Source: Candidatus Bathyarchaeota archaeon
Lineage (GTDB): Archaea; Thermoproteota; Bathyarchaeia; Bathyarchaeales; Bathycorpusculaceae
Direction of reading: 5' to 3'
Assembly: GCA_963806535.1 (NCBI GenBank)
Contig: CAWDYC010000007.1
Coordinates: 224,001 to 288,000 of the forward strand
DNA length: 64,000 nucleotides
Part shown: in pieces, positions 48,766-58,790 of the stretch
Layout: every line of letters starts with the position of its first letter
How positions within the stretch are numbered: position 1 is the first letter of the stretch
Translations under genes and position numbers: made by a program
Notes under the pieces: generated by a model
Told to the model about the DNA's origin: nothing
What the model saw: only the letters and a program-made list of their open reading frames with translations
Databases searched by the model: none

Positions 48766-49725
48766 TTGGAGAAAAACCCGGCTGCCACTCTTTCTGGAGC
48801 TCTAAAAAAACAAAAATATCACTTAGTTGGCAACCATTCGGCCGTTAAGAGGTGCAAATGGCTCTATGAGTCTATTGTAAATGATAGACCTTGTTATAAA
48901 CAGAGGTTTTACGGGATAAAATCGCACAGATGCATCCAGATGTCGCCTTCTCTCTACTATTGCACTCAAGAATGTTTGTTTTGCTGGAGAGCTCAAAGTG
49001 GAGATTTGCACACAACTTGGGATGAGATGAAAATTCCAAAAGTAGATTCACCCGAAGAAATAGTTGAAGGTTGCTTCAAAGCTCAAGAAAAAATATTAAC
49101 AGGATACAAAGGAAACCCGAAGACGAACTGGCGCAAATTCCAAGAAGCTCTAATGCCAAAGCAGGTTGCCATAAGTTTAACGGGCGAACCAACACTTTAT
49201 GACCTTTTAGGAGATTTAATCCAAACATTTTCCCGAAAAGGCTTAACAACCTTTCTTGTTTCAAACGGCACTTTACCGGCTAAACTCTCCAAGCTAAACA
49301 AAGAACCCACCCAACTCTATATTTCCGTATGCGCGCCCAACGAACAGGTGTACAAACAAATTTGCCGTCCCCAATTTCCAAACGCTTGGGCTAAATTAAA
49401 TGAAACCCTCGGTTTATTACAGAGTTTCAGCTGCCCAACAGTTGTTCGAACAACTCTTGTTAAAGAGCACAATATGAACCATGTGGATCAATATGCTAAA
49501 CTTGTTGAGGCAGCCAATCCCACATATGTTGAAGCTAAGGCATACATGCACATTGGTTTTTCAAACCTCCGATTAAGTTTTGAACGCATGCCTACGCATA
49601 AAGAAGTAAGAGATTTTGCTTGCCAATTATCAGATAAAACGGGGTATAAGATTATTGATGAAGCTCCAGAAAGCAGAGTAGTCTTGTTAAGTAGGTTGGA
49701 AAAGCCAATACAGATTAGAAACTAA
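48766..49725 (+). CDS. taw1: 4-demethylwyosine synthase (radical SAM)
   Basis: HSAVKRCKW, CYKQRFYGIKSHRCIQMSP, CTQECLFCWR, ISLTGEPT, EAKAYM. Confidence 0.95.
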   Translation: MEKNPAATLSGALKKQKYHLVGNHSAVKRCKWLYESIVNDRPCYKQRFYGIKSHRCIQMSPSLYYCTQECLFCWRAQSGDLHTTWDEMKIPKVDSPEEIVEGCFKAQEKILTGYKGNPKTNWRKFQEALMPKQVAISLTGEPTLYDLLGDLIQTFSRKGLTTFLVSNGTLPAKLSKLNKEPTQLYISVCAPNEQVYKQICRPQFPNAWAKLNETLGLLQSFSCPTVVRTTLVKEHNMNHVDQYAKLVEAANPTYVEAKAYMHIGFSNLRLSFERMPTHKEVRDFACQLSDKTGYKIIDEAPESRVVLLSRLEKPIQIRN

Positions 49726-49811
49726 ACCGAATTTTAGCCGCTCGGATTGCAGAAAGATTTTTGGGAAATTGAAATAAGCAACTTTGGCTTCTTTTTGTTT
49801 AAGGTGCTACT

Positions 49812-50468
49812 TTGTCGGCTTTAGAAGCTGTTTTACAAAAAATAAAAAATGATCTTATGCAGAAAAACGAAGTTCGTGAACAAGCGCATGAAAGCATGCG
49901 AAAAACAACAAGTCAATCAAAGCAAGCAATACTTCTGATTCACCAAAAAAAATATGATGATGCTCAAAAACTTATTGAAAGCGCCAAAGAAAAAATTAGA
50001 AACCTTCAAGATTTAGCTAAACAGTACCCCGAAATTGTTTATGGTGGGATGTTTAGTGCAGCTCTTCAGGAATATTCCGAAGCACGCATATTTTTAACAC
50101 TTATTCAAGAATCACGTTTTATAACGCCGGCTGAAGTAAACGTGCCATCGGTTGACTATGTTTTGGGTTTAGCAGATGTCATAGGAGAGTATAGGCGATT
50201 AGCCCTTGACAACTTGCGTGAAGGAGAAGTAAAAAAGGGCGAAGAATGTTTAGAAATCATGGATCAAGTGTTTATTCAACTTTTAGCTCTTGATGAGGCT
50301 TACATGCTTGTTCCAGGACTGCGGCATAAATCTGATGCAGCAAGAAGAATAATTGAAGCCACACGTGGAGACGTTACTTTGGAAATTCGCCGAAAATCAC
50401 TTGAGAATTACATGAAAAAGTTTGAACCCACTAAACGTAGGTCTAAACGCGTAATGAAGAAAGATTAA
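49812..50468 (+). CDS. Translin/TRAX (C3PO)-like protein
   Basis: ALQEYSEA, DYVLGLADVIGEYRR, GLRHKSD.AR..IE.T. Confidence 0.85.
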   Translation: MSALEAVLQKIKNDLMQKNEVREQAHESMRKTTSQSKQAILLIHQKKYDDAQKLIESAKEKIRNLQDLAKQYPEIVYGGMFSAALQEYSEARIFLTLIQESRFITPAEVNVPSVDYVLGLADVIGEYRRLALDNLREGEVKKGEECLEIMDQVFIQLLALDEAYMLVPGLRHKSDAARRIIEATRGDVTLEIRRKSLENYMKKFEPTKRRSKRVMKKD

Positions 50469-50472
50469 CTTT

Positions 50473-51144
50473 TTGAGCAGACATATCAATGTAATGAAGA
50501 ATTTTTCTTTAAAGAGAGCACGCAAAATCCAGTTATGTTTATCGAAGAAAATTATTTTAGAAGACAAGTTGACGCCAAAAATTAGAACAGTTGCAGGTGT
50601 TGATGTATCATATGTTGGGCAATTGGGCATCGGCGCGGTGGCGGTCTTAGATTATGAGACCTTGGAAGTTTTGGAAACCAAAGTTGCAAGCTGCCAAGTT
50701 AAGATTCCATATATTCCAACTTTGCTTTCCTTCAGGGAAATTCTTCCTGCCGTTGCTGCAATCAGACAGCTGAAAATTCGACCTGACGTCTTCCTCGTTG
50801 ATGCACAGGGTTTCGCTCATCCACTTAGATGTGGATTTGCCAGCCATTTGGGGCTCATCTTAAACATGCCGACCATTGGAGCGGCAAAAAGCAGGTTAAT
50901 TGGCACGCCAACGGAAGCACATGGCGAAACTTTTTTAGTTGATAAAGACGAAATCGTTGGCGCTATAGTAACTACAAAACGAAAAAGTAAGCCTGTTTTT
51001 GTGAGTGTAGGGCATATGGTGTCTCTTGGAACTGCCATTAGAATTGTTAAGCACTGTGCCAAAACCCGAATTCCAGAGCCGCTACTCCAAGCACACAAGT
51101 TAGCGACTAAAGAAAGAATCAGACTTGAACAGGAAGCAAAGTAA
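50473..51144 (+). CDS. nfi: Endonuclease V
   Basis: VAGVDVSY, PYIPTLLSFRE, VDAQG.AHP..CGFASHLG, IGAAKS, PVFVSVGH, RIPEP. Confidence 0.95.
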   Translation: MSRHINVMKNFSLKRARKIQLCLSKKIILEDKLTPKIRTVAGVDVSYVGQLGIGAVAVLDYETLEVLETKVASCQVKIPYIPTLLSFREILPAVAAIRQLKIRPDVFLVDAQGFAHPLRCGFASHLGLILNMPTIGAAKSRLIGTPTEAHGETFLVDKDEIVGAIVTTKRKSKPVFVSVGHMVSLGTAIRIVKHCAKTRIPEPLLQAHKLATKERIRLEQEAK

Positions 51145-51175
51145 ATATCACTGAAAACTAAACTATCGATAGAGT

Positions 51176-51517
51176 GTGAATCCTTTGGCTGAAGAAATAT
51201 CGTTTGATGAGTTCCAAAAACTAGATTTACGAATTGGAAAAATAATCGAAGCAACTCAGATACCAGATTCAAAGAAATTAATCAAAATTATCGTTGATTT
51301 TGGCTCGGAAAAAAGGCAAGCTGTTGCAGGTCTACTCAAATATTATCAGCCTGAAATGTTGGTTGGAAAAAAATGCGTTTTTTTGTTGAACCTTCAAAGG
51401 CGCTTGTTGGCGGGCGTGGAATCACAATGTATGATTTTGGCTGCTGAAGATGCTGAAGGAAACGTTTCCGTGCTCATGCCTGAGAAGGACATCGCTGAGG
51501 GAAGCAAAATCGGCTAA
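51176..51517 (+). CDS. Stand-alone tRNA-binding OB-fold protein (Trbp111/MetRS C-terminal/CsaA family)
   Basis: ISFDEFQKLDLRIGKI, GVESQCMILAA. Confidence 0.88.
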   Translation: MNPLAEEISFDEFQKLDLRIGKIIEATQIPDSKKLIKIIVDFGSEKRQAVAGLLKYYQPEMLVGKKCVFLLNLQRRLLAGVESQCMILAAEDAEGNVSVLMPEKDIAEGSKIG

Positions 51518-51624
51518 TTAAGCACACTCATGATTCTGCAGAACTAAAGTTAATTTGCTAGGGAAAAGTTAAATTATTAATTTAAACCACTTTACTGTAT
51601 TATTTATTGTGAAAGGTTATCTCT

Positions 51625-52623
51625 ATGGCAATTAATGAAGAAGCACTCATGTGGGTCGAGAAATACCGACCAAAAAACTTAGACGAAGTTGTAGACTTAC
51701 GTGATATAGTTACAAGCCTAAAGGCTTTCATGAAAAACCCAAAAATAATGCCTCACTTGATGTTCGCTGGCATACCTGGTACTGGAAAAACCACTCTTGC
51801 ATTATGCATCGCGCATGAACTTTTTGGTCCAAACTGGAAGAACTTCACGCTTGAGCTAAACGCTTCAGACGAACGAGGAATCGATACTGTTCGTGAGAGA
51901 GTTAAAGATTTTTCGCGTTATAGTCGATCAGGCTTTGGCAACGTACCTTTTGCGCTCATTATCCTTGATGAATGCGACCAGATGACAGGTCCTGCCCAAA
52001 CAGCTTTGAGAAGAATAATGGAAACCAGTTCCCGCACATCCAGGTTTATTCTCATATGTAACCAATCAAGCAAGATTATCGAACCAATACAAAGCCGCTG
52101 CGCAATATTCCGATTTTCAAGATTGGATAAGCAAGCGATGAAAGAGCAACTGCAGTGCATAGCCAAAAAAGAAAACGTCAAACTGGTACCTGAAGCGGCT
52201 GAAAGAATAGTAGATTTTTCTGAAGGTGACCTCAGGCATGCTATAAACGCTTTGCAGACAGCTTCAGCGTACAAGCAAGGAGAAGTAGATGAAAAAACCG
52301 TTTCATTGGTCATCGGGGAGGCTAGCCCAATGCAAGTCCAAAAAATGATTAGAAAAGCATTATTCGGCGACTTCATTGAAGCCAGGAAAACAATGTACGA
52401 AATAATGGGGTCTTACGGATTTTCAGGGACGGAAATAATACGCCAGGTCCAACGGGAAATCTTTAAAATGTCTGATCTGACGCCTGAACAAAAAGCAGAG
52501 TTATCAAGCACAATCGGTGAATATGATTTTCGTTTAACTCAAGGCGCTAACAGCGACATTCAGCTAAGCGCATTGCTTGCCCAATTTGGAAAATTCGGTA
52601 AAGTCATAGGGGAAACCTATTGA
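51625..52623 (+). CDS. rfcS: Replication factor C small subunit
   Basis: WVEKYRP, GIPGTGKT, ELNASDERGID, LDECD, IQSRC. Confidence 0.96.
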   Translation: MAINEEALMWVEKYRPKNLDEVVDLRDIVTSLKAFMKNPKIMPHLMFAGIPGTGKTTLALCIAHELFGPNWKNFTLELNASDERGIDTVRERVKDFSRYSRSGFGNVPFALIILDECDQMTGPAQTALRRIMETSSRTSRFILICNQSSKIIEPIQSRCAIFRFSRLDKQAMKEQLQCIAKKENVKLVPEAAERIVDFSEGDLRHAINALQTASAYKQGEVDEKTVSLVIGEASPMQVQKMIRKALFGDFIEARKTMYEIMGSYGFSGTEIIRQVQREIFKMSDLTPEQKAELSSTIGEYDFRLTQGANSDIQLSALLAQFGKFGKVIGETY

Positions 52624-53849
52624 AAAATGATCTTTTGTGGGTTGAAAAGTACCGCCCAAAAAAGATAGAAGATATAATCGGCAATGAAGAAGCGAAAGCT
52701 ACTTTTATCGAATGGCTAAAGAGCAAACGCAAAAACAAGAAAGCCGTCTTGCTTTATGGTCCGCCCGGCGTAGGTAAAACTGCGCTAGTTAATGCTGCCT
52801 CAAAAGAATTTGGCTATACAATCATCGAAATGAATGCGAGTGACACCAGATCAGAAAAAGCCGTCAACGAAATTGCTAAACCGGCCACATCATATCTTGC
52901 CTTGGACACTTTCACAGCCGAAAGCAAAGGTAACCTGCTTTTTCTCGACGAAGTCGACGGCATTGCAGGCAACGAGGACAGAGGCGGAGTTAGTGCAATA
53001 ATAGAAATCGTTGAAAAAGCTCGAGTGCCAGTTATAATGGCTGCAAACGATCCAACAATTGACAAGTTAAGGCCTCTGAAGAAAGTTTGTTTGCTGATTC
53101 GTTTTCACCAAATTCGATTGCCGCTTATCATTTCTTTGTTGCAAAAGATTTGTTTGCTAGAACATGTAAAAGCGGATTTTGAGGCGCTGGAGCACATTGC
53201 CCAAAACAGCAAAGGCGATGTTCGTTCAGCTATAAATGACCTTCAAAGTGTCGGTGAAGAAAACCATGTTTTAACACTTCAAGACACAATGGCACTTACC
53301 TCCAGAAACAAAGACATCAGTATGGATGAAACGCTCAGAGGCTATTTCTCGGCAAAATCAGTTGAGGAGGCATCGTCCTTGCTTTTCCGATCAAGTGTTG
53401 ACTATGACGAATTTATAATGTCAGTAAGTGATAATCTCCCCAGACGATACACAAACCCGGGCGAGCTTGCTGCTGCATACGATTTTGTTTCCAAAGCGGA
53501 CCTCTTTCGAGGAAGAATTGGGACAGAACATTGGCACCTTTTGAAGTATTTCTTTAATGCATTGTCCGAAGCAGCGGCAGTTGGACCGGAATCATATAAG
53601 CCCTTTGAATTTATTTCGCCTCCCATTAGAATTATCACTTTGTTTTGGACTAAGGGCAAAAGAACCATGCTTGACAATATCTGCGGAAAAATTGGAGCTC
53701 AATGCCACGTTTCTCATTCAATTGCTAAGCATAATTTCATTCCATACCTTAAGATCATACTGGAAAAACAAAAAACAAGCCCATTGATTTCCTCTCTTGA
53801 ACTTACACCAGAAGAGGTCGATTTTCTAATCAAAATGAATAGGTATTGA
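52620..53849 (+). CDS. rfcL: Replication factor C large subunit
   Basis: WVEKYRP, GPPGVGKT, EMNASD, LDEVDG, GDVRSAINDLQ. Confidence 0.93.
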   Translation: MKNDLLWVEKYRPKKIEDIIGNEEAKATFIEWLKSKRKNKKAVLLYGPPGVGKTALVNAASKEFGYTIIEMNASDTRSEKAVNEIAKPATSYLALDTFTAESKGNLLFLDEVDGIAGNEDRGGVSAIIEIVEKARVPVIMAANDPTIDKLRPLKKVCLLIRFHQIRLPLIISLLQKICLLEHVKADFEALEHIAQNSKGDVRSAINDLQSVGEENHVLTLQDTMALTSRNKDISMDETLRGYFSAKSVEEASSLLFRSSVDYDEFIMSVSDNLPRRYTNPGELAAAYDFVSKADLFRGRIGTEHWHLLKYFFNALSEAAAVGPESYKPFEFISPPIRIITLFWTKGKRTMLDNICGKIGAQCHVSHSIAKHNFIPYLKIILEKQKTSPLISSLELTPEEVDFLIKMNRY

Positions 53850-53859
53850 GGGAAAGGAA

Positions 53860-54198
53860 TTGGTGGTTGTTTTAAATCCGAAGGGATTCAAGCTTCCGAG
53901 GGTTGAAAAAGAAAAATTTGTTCTTTTGATACGTTTGGGCTTGGACTATAATCGGGAGCAATGCTTGTATTCAATCAAGAATTATAATAACATCGAAAAA
54001 CTTTTAGAAACAATTAGCGCTATCCTAAACACTGAAGTTATTTTCCTCCAAACTTGTACCCGCTGTGGAAAAGATTTTCCATGCTCTGATTGCAGTTACA
54101 ACGAGTTATGCACAACAAAAGACCTTCCGTTTAGTTGTGTTTGCACTCACTGTTTGAGAGATAGAAAACACTTCGAACAGTATCTAGAGAAATTCTAG
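53860..54198 (+). CDS. Hypothetical protein with C-terminal Cys cluster
   Basis: CTRC...CSDC...C...CVCTHC; directly downstream of rfcL. Confidence 0.7.
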   Translation: MVVVLNPKGFKLPRVEKEKFVLLIRLGLDYNREQCLYSIKNYNNIEKLLETISAILNTEVIFLQTCTRCGKDFPCSDCSYNELCTTKDLPFSCVCTHCLRDRKHFEQYLEKF

Positions 54199-54413
54199 TC
54201 GGTTTTTCATACACTTCCACCTAAGGCCTGCTTATATCTCAATTTTGTTAAGGAAATTTACCTGCTAAATAGCCTGCTTCTCCCTCCTTACCTTTGAGAC
54301 GAAATCTCTCGTTTTTTATTTTTAGTAACTTAATGTGAGCTCTTTCCGTGCTTACTAACTGTGAACTGACTATTTATTGAAATTCATTGGTTTACCTCAA
54401 AGAAGTGAATCAA

Positions 54414-55154
54414 ATGAAAAACAAAATAATTGAGGCTGAAAACCTCACCAAGATATATAAAAAATCAGTCAAAGCTGTAGACGACATTTCATTTCTCTGT
54501 GGATGAAGGAGAACTGTTCGGATTTCTTGGCCCTAACGGCGCTGGAAAAACGACAACCATAAAAATGCTAACCACCATAGCAGCCATATCTTCAGGAAGA
54601 GCAACCGTTGCAAGCAATGAAGTTGGCAAAAACCCAGCAGCGGTACGTAAAGTCATAGGTGTAGTCCCTCAGGAACTCACAGCAGACGACGAGCTAAAAG
54701 GAATAGAAAACCTACTTCTTGCAGCTAAGCTTCACCATGTCCCAAACAATTCAGCTCGCAAGAAAGCGAATGACTTACTGAAACTCTTGGAGCTTGAAAG
54801 TGCTGCCCAAAGACAAGTTAAAACATACTCGGGAGGCATGCGCAGGCGACTGCAATTAGCGATAGGACTTATTCATAACCCGAAAATCCTGTTTTTAGAT
54901 GAGCCAACCTTGGGATTGGATGTTCAAACGAGGCAGAACATGTGGTCCACAAAATCAAGCTTGCAAGGACTGAAACAGCTTTACCCACAATAATTGAAAC
55001 ATTAACTAAGAAAGGCCTCAAAATCAACGACATCGCTTTAGTTAAACCGACGCTCGACCAGGTCTTTTTGCAAGTCACAGGCAACGCGATGCGTGACAGA
55101 GCAGCAAACGGCGATTCCTATGGTCAAAGGGTTTTGATTGAGAGGATGAAGTAA
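54414..55154 (+). pseudogene. DrrA-type ABC ATPase, frameshifted and internally deleted
   Basis: MKNKIIEAENLTK..AVDDISF, frameshift at ~54495 into GELFGFLGPNGAGKTT, YSGGMRRR, LDEPT; at ~54945 it jumps to the C-terminal KPTLDQVFL in another frame, with the H-loop absent. Confidence 0.8.
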
Positions 55155-55155
55155 A

Positions 55156-56016
55156 ATGTTCGGCGACACAATAGCATTAACTGGACGTTCCCTCAAAAAG
55201 TGGATACGAAACCCAGCCGCCATAATGCCTGGCTTGTTTATGGCAGTCTTTTGGCTGGCACTTTTCGGCAGCTCATTTAACCCAGTCAACCTTGTCCCCA
55301 CACAAATCGGAGGCACACCTTTGTCTCCGGTTCTAATTGCGCAGATTAAAGATGCGATGACTTCAGTATTCGGCGGTGCAGCAAACTACATAACGTTCCT
55401 TACGGCAGGCGTAATCGCCTTTATCGTCATAGTAAACATGGCCTATGGCGGCATCGACATAATCCTTGATAGACAACTAGGCTATCTTAACTCGTTGCTG
55501 AGCGCACCAATATCGAGAGCATCAATATTCTTCGCTGGAACACTGCAGAACTTTGTGAAAGCTATGTTTATAGCTTTATTAACATTCATAGTCGCGGTCG
55601 TTCTTCCAAACGGGTTACAAGTTGGAGCAGGCTTTGGCGTGCTTAACTTCCTTGGCATCTTCGTTGCTTTTGGGCTTGTAACATTCGGGTTCGGTTGTCT
55701 CTTTACGGCAGTTGCCTTCTCTGTGAAACAAGTTGATTCATTGGTTGCAATCATCAATTTTTTGGCTTTTCCCTTAGTGTTCATGAGTAGCGCGATGTTT
55801 CCGCTTGGAACATTTCCGTCATGGCTCAAAAATATAGCAGAGGTTAACCCAATCACGAAAACTGTGGAGACCGCCAGACTGCTTATAGTAAACGGCAATC
55901 TCTCTGCAGGGCAACTGCCAACGTTAGCTGGAAACATACTGTATCTAATCGTCTTCGCTGTGGTGCTTGCAGTTATTGGATACTTGATTGCACGTAAAGC
56001 GTTGAAGGCTGAATAA
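55156..56016 (+). CDS. ABC-2 type exporter permease
   Basis: Six hydrophobic segments, DRQLGYL..LL.API.R, PLVFMSSAMFP..FPSWL...NP. Confidence 0.9.
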   Translation: MFGDTIALTGRSLKKWIRNPAAIMPGLFMAVFWLALFGSSFNPVNLVPTQIGGTPLSPVLIAQIKDAMTSVFGGAANYITFLTAGVIAFIVIVNMAYGGIDIILDRQLGYLNSLLSAPISRASIFFAGTLQNFVKAMFIALLTFIVAVVLPNGLQVGAGFGVLNFLGIFVAFGLVTFGFGCLFTAVAFSVKQVDSLVAIINFLAFPLVFMSSAMFPLGTFPSWLKNIAEVNPITKTVETARLLIVNGNLSAGQLPTLAGNILYLIVFAVVLAVIGYLIARKALKAE

Positions 56017-56091
56017 AATGAGGAAACACAGAATGAACGTAGTAACACAAAGTGAATTACCCTTAAAAGCGCAGGAGGTAAACTAGAAACC

Positions 56092-57399
56092 ATGTCAGAT
56101 TTACGTATTCCACGCGGACAAACCGTTGCACTCGACGTAGTAGATGGCGACCTCAAAGTTGGCAACAACGTAACAATCCAAGCCACAAATGGCAAAAAAG
56201 TCACCGTTACCAAAGGCGTCTATCTTGAAGGCAAAGCATACGTTAATTGTGACCTTGAATGTGAGTCAATAGGATCCGAGGTTTTTCTCTCCAAATTACG
56301 AGAAATCCGTTCGAGTTCTAACAGAGCAAGGCTAGAATTAACCGGTCGATATGTCGTAAAACTGGAAGTAAATGGCAACTTGATAGTTCATAATCAACTT
56401 AACGTAAGCCACTCTGTGCTTGTCAAGGGTTTAATTAACGCAGCAAACATTGATGTCGGCGGAAAAATTCAAGCAGACTCTATCAAATGCGACCAAATGC
56501 GGGTTGGGGGACGCGTGGACATCCAAAACACTTTCGAAGCATTAGGAGTTGACATAGGCGGTAAAGTGCTTGCTCTCGGTACAGTAAAAATAGGAGACCT
56601 GCACGTAGGGGGCGAAGCCGAAGTAGGGGGAGGAACTATAACAGGTAACATTCGAGTTGGTGGAAAATTCATCAGCAAATCACCTCTTGAGTTTGGCGAA
56701 CTATTGGTTTACGGCAGAGGAATGCTTCCTGCAGGCTGCAAAGGCCACAAAATTTCAACTTTCGGCAAACTTTCTATTGATGGAAACATCACCTGCGATT
56801 TCTTTGAAGTCGGCGGTTTCATCGAAATCAACGGCGATTGCCATGCTAAACAGGTAGAAATAGGTGGAAAACTTCAGGTGACAGGTTCCCTGTTTGTTTC
56901 AGATAAAATCGAAGGCTATGGAGCAACAGAGATCGCAGGTAACTTCGAGAGCACACAACTTCGAGTCAGTGGCAAATTCACAGCAAACAGGATATTTGTA
57001 AAAGAACAAGCCGATATCAGCGGTAAAGTTGAAACTAAAGAAGGGCTGAAAACCAAGCTTTTGATTGTTCGCAGTGGCAGTCGATGTATAGGTGTTTTAA
57101 TTGGTGAACGAGTGGAAGTTGGAAAAAGCTCGGATTTAAGCTATGGAGGCTGGGGAATTAACTGGGCAACTAAATGGGGAGTGGCTGGAGCGATGGCTAG
57201 AGCTGACGATATTTATGCGAACGAAGTTGTAATCGGACCAATGTGCAGAATAGGACGCATATTTGCCGATACAGTAAAGTTAGAACAGGGTTCAACTGCC
57301 GAGCAAGTAACGTACACTATTGAGCTTAAGACAGATTTCGGCGCGGTCATAAGCCAGCAACCTCAAAAAGTAACCTCTCTACCAAAGAAACCATTCTAG
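56092..57399 (+). CDS. Polymer-forming cytoskeletal (bactofilin-like) beta-helix repeat protein
   Basis: Many repeated V/IGG, VSG and GNI hydrophobic-glycine motifs over about 430 aa. Confidence 0.65.
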   Translation: MSDLRIPRGQTVALDVVDGDLKVGNNVTIQATNGKKVTVTKGVYLEGKAYVNCDLECESIGSEVFLSKLREIRSSSNRARLELTGRYVVKLEVNGNLIVHNQLNVSHSVLVKGLINAANIDVGGKIQADSIKCDQMRVGGRVDIQNTFEALGVDIGGKVLALGTVKIGDLHVGGEAEVGGGTITGNIRVGGKFISKSPLEFGELLVYGRGMLPAGCKGHKISTFGKLSIDGNITCDFFEVGGFIEINGDCHAKQVEIGGKLQVTGSLFVSDKIEGYGATEIAGNFESTQLRVSGKFTANRIFVKEQADISGKVETKEGLKTKLLIVRSGSRCIGVLIGERVEVGKSSDLSYGGWGINWATKWGVAGAMARADDIYANEVVIGPMCRIGRIFADTVKLEQGSTAEQVTYTIELKTDFGAVISQQPQKVTSLPKKPF

Positions 57400-57403
57400 G
57401 CAA

Positions 57404-57745
57404 TTGCGAGATGCATATAAAATGAGGGATCATGAAACAAAGCGTTCCAAAACTGACTTGTACGCCCAAGTCCTCGAAGTTCTTATACGTTATCCTGAGG
57501 GTGGAAAAATCACCCGCATCTCTTATGGTGTAGGAGTCCCCGTTGATCGCCTCAGAAATATTATAGAAACACTAAGCAATTATGGGCTAACAAGAAAATT
57601 CACCACAGAATCACAAAACCTTTACTTTGCCACGCCCCGCGGCTTAGAATTTTTGGACACTTACTGGAAAATGAAAGGTTTCTTAGAAATCTTCAATAAC
57701 ACTCAATCATTAAATAGCCAAAAAAAGAAAACAAATATTTCATAA
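57404..57745 (+). CDS. Archaeal winged-helix regulator
   Basis: KRSKTDLYAQVLE, ITRISYG, TPRGLEFL. Confidence 0.75.
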   Translation: MRDAYKMRDHETKRSKTDLYAQVLEVLIRYPEGGKITRISYGVGVPVDRLRNIIETLSNYGLTRKFTTESQNLYFATPRGLEFLDTYWKMKGFLEIFNNTQSLNSQKKKTNIS

Positions 57746-57763
57746 CCAATTGAACTCTCTTTT

Positions 57764-58605
57764 TTATTTTGATAGATCGCAAACAAACATAGATTCAGAT
57801 AGTTGAAACATTTTTAAAGACGAGGAATATGCTCGAATCTTTCGTTTTCTGATAAGAAGAGCTAAAGAGGCTACTACCATTGCAACGGCTGCCCCAAGCC
57901 CTATTCCATATACAAATTCGACTGGAGAGACTTCGCTCTTAGATTTTGATTCTTGCTGCACCGCTGCTTTTTGGGTGGGCTGAGTGGGTTGAGTGATATT
58001 TGTCGGGGTTGTCGTTGGCTCGGTTATTGTCTCGTTTTTCAAAGAAGTATTCTGTGCTTGAACGGGAGGGCGGAGATTGCCAACTTGAGATGTTGGGCAC
58101 GTTCCAATTCGTTTCCCGAAGATGTTTGAACTGAGGACTCACTCATTGTTATTGAAGTAATCAGTGATATCCACATGTTGCCGTTATATCCAGGCATTAC
58201 CAAACGTAATGTCTCAGGTAAAGATGCACCATTTAATTGATAAGCGATTATTGTACTTGACCCCAAGGCATCATCCAACGAAAGACTCACTTTGTATCCA
58301 TCTGAAGCGACAAAATCGATGGAACTAATGGTTTGGTCCAAACCTGATTGCTCAAGCAAATAGCTAAGGCTAACTCCACTCCAATCGCCATTGGCAACCG
58401 GAGCGCCGTAACAAGCAAGATTAGCGTTTTCAGTAGTTACAGGCATTGCCAAGAGCTGGTCCAAACTATAGTTAAGAGAGGTGTTTGGACTATTTACTTG
58501 TAAGTTCCAATCTGTGCTAGCTGAGACTTTGCTTAAAGGCATTATTGAAAGCAGTCCGAATATTGTTAGGAAAAGGCAAGTTTGAAGAAGTTTCTTTTTA
58601 TTCAT
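57764..58605 (-). pseudogene. Secreted molybdopterin-oxidoreductase-domain (sulfite oxidase fold) protein, split by a frameshift from its T/P/Q linker and TM anchor
   Basis: LACYG..WSGVSL..LL, ASDGY, IAYQLNG, LRLVMPG..GNMW in 58039..58638; linker, TM helix and RKRK in another frame (57764..58042). Confidence 0.6.
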
Positions 58606-58790
58606 GTTTTTCACCCGTGTTATTACAACATATGACAATCGTCATATTTTAAACATTCTTAATTTTAGGAGAAATTGAATCAGACGTCCATTCCCTGTAT
58701 ACAAAAGCATCAACCAAACACACAAAAACCCAGCGAAGGCAAATCTTATCTAGTTATTCCTAATTAACTTTCAATGCAGAAGGCTTGTTT

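Noticed and set aside
51569-51585. TTAAATTA-T-TAATTTAA palindrome upstream of rfcS
   Set aside because: Pure A/T sequence overlapping the probable TATA region; single occurrence; likely by chance.
55482-56213. 243-aa minus-strand ORF
   Set aside because: Antisense shadow of the ABC permease and the beta-helix gene; no independent motif.
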